From Bacteroidales bacterium (lineage in GTDB: Bacteria > Bacteroidota > Bacteroidia > Bacteroidales > UBA12077): a stretch of DNA of 64,000 nt. The notes below the pieces were generated by a model that saw only the letters and a program-made list of their open reading frames with translations, was not told the DNA's origin and made no database searches. The first letter of the stretch is position 1; the number at the start of each line of letters is the position of its first letter. The translations under genes were made by a program, and so were the position numbers. The stretch is from assembly GCA_018334675.1 (NCBI GenBank), contig JAGXLL010000006.1:43356-107355 (forward strand), written 5' to 3'. This document shows, piece by piece, positions 38,871 to 46,853 of this stretch.

Positions 38871-38990
38871 GGATTGTTAAATTGTCCAATTGTTGGATTG
38901 TTGAATAAGGCTAAGGCTAAGGCTGAGGCTAAGGCTAAGAAAGAAGAACGTTTTAACCTTCGAACCTGATATTTGAACCTGAAAATAGTC
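38871..38990. repeat. Second copy of the mosaic low-complexity repeat (GGATTGTT words, RAGGCT x5, TTTTAACC/GAACCTGA words)
   Basis: 38871-38906 reads GGATTGTTAAATTGTCCAATTGTTGGATTGTTGAAT. 38907-38939 is (A/G)AGGCT x5 plus AAG. 38951-38985 reads TTTTAACCTTCGAACCTGATATTTGAACCTGAAAA. Confidence 0.65.
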
Positions 38991-39545
38991 TTATTTCGCA
39001 ACTTTAACCTTGTAGCTGACCTCAAACTTGCCCTTGGCGATGGCATTGAGCTTGTTACGAAGCATGCGTTTCTTCAGCGGTGCCACCTTGTCAGTAAACA
39101 AAACGCCTTGCAGGTGATCATACTCGTGCTGTATGATCCTGGCTGCAATGCCTACATATTCTTCTTCATGCTGATTGAAGTGGCGGTCGTAATAACGGAT
39201 CCTGACTTTTTCCGGACGCACAATCTCCTCCCTCAGGTTGGGAATGCTCAAACAACCCTCTTCATAAGTCTTATCGTCGCCATGGCGCTCAAGGATCTCC
39301 GGATTGACGAAGGTGACCTTGAGATCCTTTAACGACGGGTCATCCTCTGCCAGGGGCGTTCCGTCGATAACAAAAATACGCACGGATTTCCCTACCTGGG
39401 GGGAGGCCAGACCGATGCCATCGGATTTGTACATGGTATCCCACAGGTTATCAATGAATTCCTCAAGTCCTTCTTCGTTTTGTTCTACCGGCCGGGCTAC
39501 TTTTCTGAGTACCGGTGAACCGTATACATATATGGGCAATGTCAT
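38991..39545 (-). CDS. def: Peptide deformylase
   Basis: 184 aa with GIGLASPQVG, EGCLSIP and QHEYDHLQG. Confidence 0.93.
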   Translation of the reverse strand: MTLPIYVYGSPVLRKVARPVEQNEEGLEEFIDNLWDTMYKSDGIGLASPQVGKSVRIFVIDGTPLAEDDPSLKDLKVTFVNPEILERHGDDKTYEEGCLSIPNLREEIVRPEKVRIRYYDRHFNQHEEEYVGIAARIIQHEYDHLQGVLFTDKVAPLKKRMLRNKLNAIAKGKFEVSYKVKVAK

Positions 39546-39550
39546 GGTGA

Positions 39551-39967
39551 TTAGATGTTTTTGCGTTCCAAAAATGATTGTAATATGATCGTGGCAGAAA
39601 TCCGGTCTACGTGGGACTTATTTTGCCTTTGCTTTTTTTTCATCCCACCCTGTATCATGGTATCCAATGCCATTTTTGATGTAAATCTTTCGTCCTCCAG
39701 TTCTACAGGTATCTCAGGGAATTGTTTCCGGAGTTTTTTCAGGAAGGGCCGGATGTATTCCACCGCCTCCGAGGCGGTGTTGTCCATTTGTTTGGGATAG
39801 CCTACAACGATCGACTCCACGTTTTCTTTGGCAAAATAATCGGCCAGATATTTCATGAGATCTTTTGGATGAACTGTATCCAAGGCGTTTGCGATCATCT
39901 TCATGGGATCGGTTACTGCCAGCCCTACCCGTTTTCTTCCGTAATCAATGGCTAAAATTCTTCCCAA
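39551..39967 (-). CDS. ruvX: Putative pre-16S rRNA nuclease / Holliday junction resolvase-like YqgF
   Basis: 138 aa with a TTG start. Motifs include RILAIDYGRKRVGLAVTD and DERFTS. Confidence 0.86.
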   Translation of the reverse strand: MGRILAIDYGRKRVGLAVTDPMKMIANALDTVHPKDLMKYLADYFAKENVESIVVGYPKQMDNTASEAVEYIRPFLKKLRKQFPEIPVELEDERFTSKMALDTMIQGGMKKKQRQNKSHVDRISATIILQSFLERKNI

Positions 39968-40383
39968 AATGACTTGTGTTTATTTAAACAAATTATAAAT
40001 TACAAAAGTAATGAAAATCTTGCAACGATGTTTAGGACATAGCCCAAAACATTTCTGGATATGGGTGGTCTTTAATGATCTGACCATACGGCTCTTGCTG
40101 TATCTTCAACGGATTATTTTGCCGGAAAATTGCAGGACTGTGGGCCTCATTTGAAATCGATGATCTAAATAACATTGTTATAGGCATCGAAGATGAGCAA
40201 GATGCCATCTGGCAAACGAGCTTTCCCGGTAATCCGTTTCAGGGTTTCATTAAACTGAAAGGGAGCCGGGGCGGATTGAGTCATGGAAAAGTCCCTTCGG
40301 CAGTGTGAACTGCATCAGGTTCAAAGGGTATGATCTCATCCCGTGGTTGGGCACCCCCCGTTTGAGTACTTCAAAGATATAAG

Positions 40384-40415
40384 AATAAAAAAAGCCGGTG
40401 ACAAACACCGGCTCT
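40384..40415 (-). terminator. Intrinsic terminator after the thioredoxin gene (palindromic, could act in both directions)
   Basis: On the minus strand AGCCGGTG-tttgt-CACCGGCT is followed by TTTTTTTATT. Confidence 0.65.
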
Positions 40416-40439
40416 TTTTATGATGAGGTAAACGATTTT

Positions 40440-40802
40440 TTAATTGTCTTCTACTTTCAATACATCTTTGATGGCTTTTTCGAGGGTTTCCCTGGGCAGA
40501 GCACCCTGGGCCATCTGTGGCTGCTCATCCTGGGGGATGAACAGAATAGACGGAATGCTTCTGATGCCAAACATGGCAGCCAACTCCTGCTGATCCTCCG
40601 TATCTATCTTAAAGACATCCAGTTTTCCTTCATATTCCTGGGCAAGTTCTTCCAGGATAGGGGATACGATCTTACAGGGCTGGCACCAGTCAGCATAAAA
40701 ATCGATGATGGCCGGTTTATCTCCCTCAAATTTCCATTCCTGATTTTGCTCGAAATTGAAAACTTTTTCTTTAAATGTTTCTTTTGTCAAATGTTCAACC
40801 AT
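40440..40802 (-). CDS. Thioredoxin with a WCQPC active site
   Basis: 120 aa. IIDFYADWCQPCK has Gln where canonical WCGPC has Gly. FGIRSIPSILF is also present. Confidence 0.86.
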   Translation of the reverse strand: MVEHLTKETFKEKVFNFEQNQEWKFEGDKPAIIDFYADWCQPCKIVSPILEELAQEYEGKLDVFKIDTEDQQELAAMFGIRSIPSILFIPQDEQPQMAQGALPRETLEKAIKDVLKVEDN

Positions 40803-41330
40803 TACTTCTTGATTTTATTATTAGTATTTAATGAATTAACAATACTGCTTCTTAAAAGTTCGATGCAAACTTTGCAAACCCCATACCAAAAAATTTGTTG
40901 GCGTATTCTTTTAGGTTTTTTTCAGCGCATAGCGCTGCGAGTGCTATTGTAAGCGCCAGGCCAGGATTATTTGCAACGCTTAGCTCAGCGCCCGTTGGTC
41001 TAAGCGATATCCTATGATATTCTAAGCGATCGGTTTATAAAAAAAACGCTACAGCATCGGGATTATTTTTTTTTATTTCCTGATGATGTTAACAATACTC
41101 CCGGGTGTCAGCGTGTTATGATCCCCCATAAGAAGCATTGATGCCTTGAACATTTTTTTAGAAGGGTTTGTTGATCACGCGGGGAAGCCTTGTGACTTTG
41201 ATGAAAACCTTAAATGGATAGGGGTTTGTCGATTTTTGAAAAAAAATAATTTATTTTGCCTCAGGTTTCAATAACGGGAGCCGAGGTGCAATTTTGACAT
41301 GCAAGCATAAACAAATTGTCATATTTAGAT

Positions 41331-42743
41331 ATGAAGAAACGTCTTGGTCATCCTATATTTCAGGTGGTATCGGATATCATCGAGGAGCAGGGGTTAACCG
41401 CCTTTGCCATAGGAGGATATGTACGTGATCTTTTATTGAAAAGACCTTCCAAAGATATAGATGTTGTGGTGCTGGGCAGCGGGATTGAGTTGGCCCGCCA
41501 AGTAGCCGACCGGCTGGGCATTCAGAATGTAAGTGTTTTCAAGAACTATGGTACGGCCATGCTTCAGTACCGGGATGTGGAAGTGGAATTTGTCGGAGCG
41601 CGCCGGGAGTCGTATCGCTATGATAGCCGAAAACCGGTGGTGGAAGACGGAACCCTGGAAGATGATCAAAAGAGGCGTGATTTTACAGTAAATGCCCTGG
41701 CAATATCCCTGAACCGTGACACCTATGGAGAGTTGGTGGATCCCTTTAACGGTTTGAAGGATCTGAAAGGGAAGACGCTCCGCACTCCGTTGGATCCGGA
41801 GCGCACATTTTCTGATGATCCCCTCAGGATGATGCGGGCCATACGCTTTGCCACCCAGCTTGACTTCGCTATTGGAGAAAAGACCCACCGGGGCATCGAA
41901 AACAACGCCTCCCGCATCAAAATTGTCTCGAATGAGAGGATCATGGAGGAGATGCACAAGATCCTGGCTTCTCCCCAACCTTCGGTAGGATTGCAACTGC
42001 TGGAGCAGTCAGGACTGTTGCGTCACTTCTTCCCTGAGCTTGCCGAGCTGAAAGGGGTAGAGGTAAAAGAGGGGCTGAGCCATAAGGATAATTTTTTGCA
42101 TACCCTGAAAGTCCTGGACAATGTCAGCAAGATGAGCGACAAGCTTTGGCTCAGGTGGGCTGCACTTTTACACGATATAGGCAAGCCCCTGACCAGGCGT
42201 TTTTCCGGGGAACAGGGCTGGACCTTTCACGGGCATGATTATGTTGGATATAGGATGATACCGCGTATTTTCCGTCGACTCAAGCTGCCGATGAATGAAA
42301 AGATGAAGTATGTGCAGAAGCTGGTATTGCTTCATCTCAGACCCATTGCCCTGGTGGATGCCCAGGTGACTGATTCGGCTGTACGGCGTTTGCTATATGA
42401 TGCCGGTGATGATGTGGAAGATTTGATGTTGTTGTGTGAGGCCGATATCACCTCCAAGAATGAAAAGCGCATTCAACGCTACCTGAGTAATTTCAAGCAG
42501 GTGCGACGCAAGATGAGGGAGATAGAGGAGAAGGACCGGGTTCGTAATTTTCAGCCCCCCATTACTGGCGAAGTGATCATGCATACCTTTGGCCTTAAGC
42601 CCAGCCGGGAAGTCGGAGTCATCAAGGATGCCATCAAGGAAGCCATCCTTGACGGGGTGATCGCCAACGATTATGATGAGGCATATCGATATATGCTGAA
42701 GAAAGGGGAGGAACTCGGGCTAAAGCCGGCGGAAGGGGAGTGA
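41331..42743 (+). CDS. cca: CCA-adding tRNA nucleotidyltransferase / poly(A) polymerase family protein with an HD domain
   Basis: The ORF opens at TTG 41316; I preferred ATG 41331. Motifs include [38 protein letters not shown] and HD-type LLHDIGKP. Confidence 0.85.
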   Translation: MKKRLGHPIFQVVSDIIEEQGLTAFAIGGYVRDLLLKRPSKDIDVVVLGSGIELARQVADRLGIQNVSVFKNYGTAMLQYRDVEVEFVGARRESYRYDSRKPVVEDGTLEDDQKRRDFTVNALAISLNRDTYGELVDPFNGLKDLKGKTLRTPLDPERTFSDDPLRMMRAIRFATQLDFAIGEKTHRGIENNASRIKIVSNERIMEEMHKILASPQPSVGLQLLEQSGLLRHFFPELAELKGVEVKEGLSHKDNFLHTLKVLDNVSKMSDKLWLRWAALLHDIGKPLTRRFSGEQGWTFHGHDYVGYRMIPRIFRRLKLPMNEKMKYVQKLVLLHLRPIALVDAQVTDSAVRRLLYDAGDDVEDLMLLCEADITSKNEKRIQRYLSNFKQVRRKMREIEEKDRVRNFQPPITGEVIMHTFGLKPSREVGVIKDAIKEAILDGVIANDYDEAYRYMLKKGEELGLKPAEGE

Positions 42744-42749
42744 TGCACA

Positions 42750-43850
42750 CTATTTCATTTCCAGATCGAGGATAACGGGCAGGTGATCGCTGAACCCCCC
42801 GGAATATTTATATCCGGTATAGGTCCGGAAGGGTTTGATGCCTGGATAATGATCATCCTCAATAAGCAGGAAACCGGGGGCAAATATACGGGCCATACTC
42901 GTTGATGTGTATAATCCCTGTTGCGTTTTTCCGTACGATTCGTTGCATTTTGTCCCTGGCAGCAGCAAATTGCCTGACACAATGATTTGATCCAGTAATT
43001 GCCAGTGTGCTCTGTATTTTTGCGTCCCGATCGGTAGCGATCTCCAGCTGAAAGAGAGGTTGTAAAGCCTTTCTTTATCCGGGGTGCCTTCAAGCTTTAG
43101 GGCATTGAGGTGCTTGGTGAGGCATTCGGCACCGGGTGGGTCATTGAAGTCACCTGCGGCAACAATTCTGGCATCGGGTTCGGTGCAGTATATGGAGTCG
43201 ATATGTTTTTTCAGTATGACTGCCGCCCGGTTTCTTTTGGCCTGTGTCTTAAGGGCCCCCTGCCATTTGGAAGGCCAATGGTTGAAAAATACATGCAGGG
43301 TATCCCGTCGTTTTATAAGGCCCTTGATATAGAGGATGTCGCGTGTAGAAAGGGACCCACCTTCCATCCGGACGGGGATGTACCGGTGAGAGATCACTTC
43401 CAAGCGTCCGGGGTGATATATGGCGGCAACATCCATGCCGCGCGGATCAGGGCTGTTTTTATGCAGGGTGCGGTAGGGGTGTTTGGACAGGGGTGTATGG
43501 TGGATCAGATCCTTCAGGACCCGGTGGTGTTCGACCTCGCAAACGCCTATCAAGTCGGGTAACTCCCAGCCACCTGTGGCCACGATCACCTTGTAGAGTC
43601 CCCGGATCTTTGTCCAGTAGCGGTAGGGCGTCCAGCCTCTTGCTCCATCGGGCAGAAAGGTGTCGTCCCCCGGATAGGGATCGTCGATCGTGTCGAAGGC
43701 ATTTTCCAGGTTGTAAAAGACAAGGCGAAATCGTTTGTCACCATCTTCCGGTTTGGCGATGGCTGACTCCTGGCCGGGAGCTGTGAGGCTTATGGCACCT
43801 GTCAGGCAGACTGTCAGCCAAAAAGTCAGGAATCCTTTTCTCATGTTCAT
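42750..43850 (-). CDS. Secreted endonuclease/exonuclease/phosphatase (EEP) family protein
   Basis: 366 aa with a signal peptide. Motifs include FYNLENAF, VCEVE, GDFND and a C-terminal SDHLPV. Confidence 0.75.
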   Translation of the reverse strand: MNMRKGFLTFWLTVCLTGAISLTAPGQESAIAKPEDGDKRFRLVFYNLENAFDTIDDPYPGDDTFLPDGARGWTPYRYWTKIRGLYKVIVATGGWELPDLIGVCEVEHHRVLKDLIHHTPLSKHPYRTLHKNSPDPRGMDVAAIYHPGRLEVISHRYIPVRMEGGSLSTRDILYIKGLIKRRDTLHVFFNHWPSKWQGALKTQAKRNRAAVILKKHIDSIYCTEPDARIVAAGDFNDPPGAECLTKHLNALKLEGTPDKERLYNLSFSWRSLPIGTQKYRAHWQLLDQIIVSGNLLLPGTKCNESYGKTQQGLYTSTSMARIFAPGFLLIEDDHYPGIKPFRTYTGYKYSGGFSDHLPVILDLEMK

Positions 43851-45283
43851 TCTTCCCTTGAACCGGTGCCCGGGATGTACTCGAAAGCTCCCAGGTCAGG
43901 CGCCTCGTCGGCAGTCCGGCTGTTATTGATGATGTCGGTAGGAAAGGCGTTGCCCGTTGCTATCTCGCCCTGATCGATGGCGGGAGAGAGGGTGTCGAGT
44001 CTGAAGTTGTCTTCCGGGATAGAGACAAATAAAGGGTCTTTGTTGACCAGCAGGTTTTCTGTTTTCCCTGCCGGCAGTGGATCTTCAGGATTGTTGCGGA
44101 TCAGGCAGTGGCTGAAGAAGTAATTGGATGGTCCGGCGGGCTGAAAATCGAATCCGATTTCCTTGATTCTGTTTCCGTAGATGATGCAGTTGGTGAAGCG
44201 GGCCTTCTCCAGACCCCGGATCTGAGTGTTTTCACTGGAATCCAGGTAATAGTTGTTGAGGAACACCGAAGGGGTATTGCGGGTGCTGCCGGACCAATAA
44301 TTGGCGAAGGTACAATGGTAGAACTCGTAGGAGCCACCCAGGGTAAGGGCCAGGGTATGGGCAGCGCAATCGGCAACGATGGTGTTGTCGGCCTTGATGG
44401 TGCTGCCCCGGGCCAGTATACCGGCATAGGTCATATGCATGATGCGTGAGTGGGAGAGCCGCAAAGTAGGTTGTTGGGTGGAGGCCAATGTGTCGACCTG
44501 CAGCCCGATGATGGCATTTTTAATGGTTGTATGGCGGATGCGGTTGTCTGTGCTTCCGGCCATCAGCCAGATACCATCCCATTGACCGGGTATATCGCTG
44601 TAATCCTTCTCGAGCCGGTCGCCCTGAAAAACCACGGGGTCCTCTATGGTCCCTTCCGAGAGAAGTGTTCCGGCTACATAAAACCGGGAGTTTTTGTGGA
44701 AATGGACCTGTGTACCCGCCTCCACGGTAAGCGTGCTGCCGGTGTCGACCAGGGCTGAATTGTAGATCAGATAAGGCTTGTCGGAGGTCCAGGTTTGTGT
44801 ACCCAGCACTTCCCCGCGGATCAGGTGCACATCCTGACCCCATGATATCAGCTTGACATCCTGCTTCCGGCTTTCACGGGTGAAGACCACCGAATCCTTC
44901 ACTACCATGGGTTGATTGACTTGGGTTGGATCGATGGTTACCTCGACAAATATGAAAAGGCTGTCCCGGGCATCTAGTTCTATATCCTGTACACGATGAC
45001 TCTGAAGGCCATTGATGTTTAACCGGTAATCGGAATCCTTGCCCCCGGCCAGTTCGATCGAGGAGATGCGAATTTTTTTGTCATGGGGGTTCTCTACGGT
45101 AAAGCGTTTGGTGGTGGAGCCAATGGTGGTAAAAACCGTATCAAATAATACGGTGTCGGTGGAAAAGCTCAGCCGGGCCTCAGGATCATCCACAAATCTT
45201 TCCTCTTCGCAGGATAACAGGCCTGCAAAAAGGATGGTGACAAAAAGCCAGAATATGCCATGTGCCCAATTTCTCACTACCAA
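43847..45283 (-). CDS. Lipoprotein with right-handed parallel beta-helix-like repeats
   Basis: 478 aa with a TTG start and a lipobox (LLSC). Repeated short beta-strand motifs (TIKNAIIG, RFTNCIIYGN, FSHCLIRNN) are present. It overlaps the EEP gene by 4 nt. Confidence 0.52.
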   Translation of the reverse strand: MVVRNWAHGIFWLFVTILFAGLLSCEEERFVDDPEARLSFSTDTVLFDTVFTTIGSTTKRFTVENPHDKKIRISSIELAGGKDSDYRLNINGLQSHRVQDIELDARDSLFIFVEVTIDPTQVNQPMVVKDSVVFTRESRKQDVKLISWGQDVHLIRGEVLGTQTWTSDKPYLIYNSALVDTGSTLTVEAGTQVHFHKNSRFYVAGTLLSEGTIEDPVVFQGDRLEKDYSDIPGQWDGIWLMAGSTDNRIRHTTIKNAIIGLQVDTLASTQQPTLRLSHSRIMHMTYAGILARGSTIKADNTIVADCAAHTLALTLGGSYEFYHCTFANYWSGSTRNTPSVFLNNYYLDSSENTQIRGLEKARFTNCIIYGNRIKEIGFDFQPAGPSNYFFSHCLIRNNPEDPLPAGKTENLLVNKDPLFVSIPEDNFRLDTLSPAIDQGEIATGNAFPTDIINNSRTADEAPDLGAFEYIPGTGSREE

Positions 45284-45355
45284 ATTTTCAGATGTTTTAT
45301 CAAAGATAACGAAAAAACAGGTGATGCATTTCGGACTAGGGGGAAATTTTGAGGC

Positions 45356-45393
45356 ATTAAAAAAGGGACTTCCTATGAAGCCCCCTTTTTTTT
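45356..45393 (-). terminator. Intrinsic terminator downstream of the two small membrane ORFs
   Basis: The minus strand reads CAAAAAAAAGGGGGCTTC-atag-GAAGTCCCTTTTTTAAT, a stem with one mismatch flanked by A and T runs. Confidence 0.55.
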
Positions 45394-45438
45394 GATGGTG
45401 CCGGTGGTTTATTGCCCAGGAGTGCTGTTCTTCTGGAT

Positions 45439-45543
45439 GTTAACTTAGCAACAGTGAGATTGCTGAAACCACCAACAGAACCATCAATACGTTTTTAAAG
45501 GTGTTTGCCTGTATTTTCTTATTCTTTGAAAATTTTTCATCCA
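45439..45543 (-). CDS. Candidate 34-aa single-TM protein (manual ORF)
   Basis: MDEKFSKNKKIQANTFKNVLMVLLVVSAISLLLS. Its ATG overlaps the stop of the upstream small ORF (AATGGATGA). It is below the ORF-track cutoff. Confidence 0.3.
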
Positions 45544-45658
45544 TTTGCGGTCAGATAAGCCACTGCCTCCTGAAAACCCACCCCGGTTTGCACAATGAAA
45601 ACCAGGCCGATGCCTGCTGTCAATATGATCAGTTGAAGGGAGTCCACCGCCGTTTGCA
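45536..45658 (-). CDS. Candidate 40-aa single-TM protein (manual ORF)
   Basis: MQTAVDSLQLIILTAGIGLVFIVQTGVGFQEAVAYLTANG. An exact TAAGTTTG (-7 box, 45670-45677 minus) lies 11 nt upstream of the ATG. Confidence 0.35.
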
Positions 45659-45770
45659 TTATTTTATTTGCAAACTTAAAATTACTGCAAAATATGATTT
45701 ATCCACTTTGAAAAACTTAATGAAATTGCTATTTTTACTTTAGAAATTTAAATATTTATAAATAATATCT

Positions 45771-46220
45771 ATGAAAAATAAGCTAATTGATCATTATAAC
45801 CGGAAAATTTTGCTGGAATTACAATACGACGGAAGAATCTCCTATACGGAGCTGGGGAAGAAAGTGGGACTGACGGGCCCTGCTGTCAAGGAAAGGGTTC
45901 ACAAGCTTGAGGAGGCCGGTGTGATTAAAGGATACCGGGTAAGATTGGATCTTTCTAAGGTCGGATATACGATGACGGCCATCATCAATTTCAAAATGAA
46001 TCCGGGTAGCATTAAAAGGTTCATTGATGAATTGGCAAAGATCCCGGAGGTTATTGAAGTCAACCGGATCACCGGGGGCGACAACATGATCATTAAGGTA
46101 GCTCTGAAAGAGACACGGCATCTGGAGAAACTGATCAACCGCTTCATAGAGTATGGCGTTCCCACCACCTCCATCGTGTTGTCCACTCCTATACAGGACA
46201 AGGTGATGGATCCTGTATAA
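45771..46220 (+). CDS. Lrp/AsnC family transcriptional regulator
   Basis: 149 aa with HTH_AsnC (ILLELQYDGRISYTELGKKVGLTGPAVKERVHKLEEAGVI) and an RAM domain. Confidence 0.9.
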   Translation: MKNKLIDHYNRKILLELQYDGRISYTELGKKVGLTGPAVKERVHKLEEAGVIKGYRVRLDLSKVGYTMTAIINFKMNPGSIKRFIDELAKIPEVIEVNRITGGDNMIIKVALKETRHLEKLINRFIEYGVPTTSIVLSTPIQDKVMDPV

Positions 46221-46853
46221 TACACTCACGAAATACAATCACAAAGGAACCGGAAGGGTTAGAGATAATGAAGAGTCATTCGATGACCGGAACGTGTTTT
46301 TCTTTTTTCCAGTTGGCGCTTTGGATCATTTCTCCTAAGTGGCTCATAGTGTATCTTCTTTATGGCTTTGTTGACTGTTTAAGAGGTTTCTTACCAAAGT
46401 TTTACAAAATAAACCGGTCAGGAAAGTCTCTCTAGGTGACACCTTTCGAGTCCCCTTAATTTGAAATGGATTTAAATAAAATCAGCAAGAGGCGAAGGTT
46501 TGTCTCGCGATTCATTCGTCTTTCACTGCGGCAGCCGGGTGGGTATTGGCATGGTGATCAAATTGGCAGGGATCGCCCATCTCAGGTAGTGTTTCGTAGA
46601 GAGGGTGACCCCTTGCTTGAGGAGTTGCCCAGGACCTTTTACTTGCCAACTTTATTATACACAAATTTATCTTCTGGAAGTCAATGGTTGGGATAAGGTT
46701 CTGTGATTTTTATATCTGCTGATCAGTACTTTGAATACTGGCATATCCTGTTTCGATAGAATGGAATCATCTTTGAAATGAAAAGAAGATCAAGTATCTT
46801 GAACGGAAGATGGAATATCTTTTTACGTTATATATAATAAAGGTAATTGTTTC

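Noticed and set aside
40270-40300. GGAAAAGTCCCTTCGG is reminiscent of the RNase P RNA P4 region (GAGGAAAGTCCGGGC).
   Set aside because: The match is only partial. The complementary P4 strand and other universally conserved RNase P segments are not present nearby on either strand.
40971-41000. The tRNA-like string GCTTAGCTCAGCGCCCGTTGG resembles a D-arm TAGCTCAG.
   Set aside because: No acceptor stem, anticodon arm or GTTCGA(A/T)TC T-loop can be drawn around it. It fits the TAAGCG motif cluster better.
46466-46696. A 76-aa ORF in the Lrp/radical-SAM gap as a real gene or RiPP precursor.
   Set aside because: The product is Arg/Gly-rich with no hydrophobic core or leader/core organisation. PflX-type radical SAM enzymes are not known RiPP maturases. 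It was kept only as part of the gap observation.
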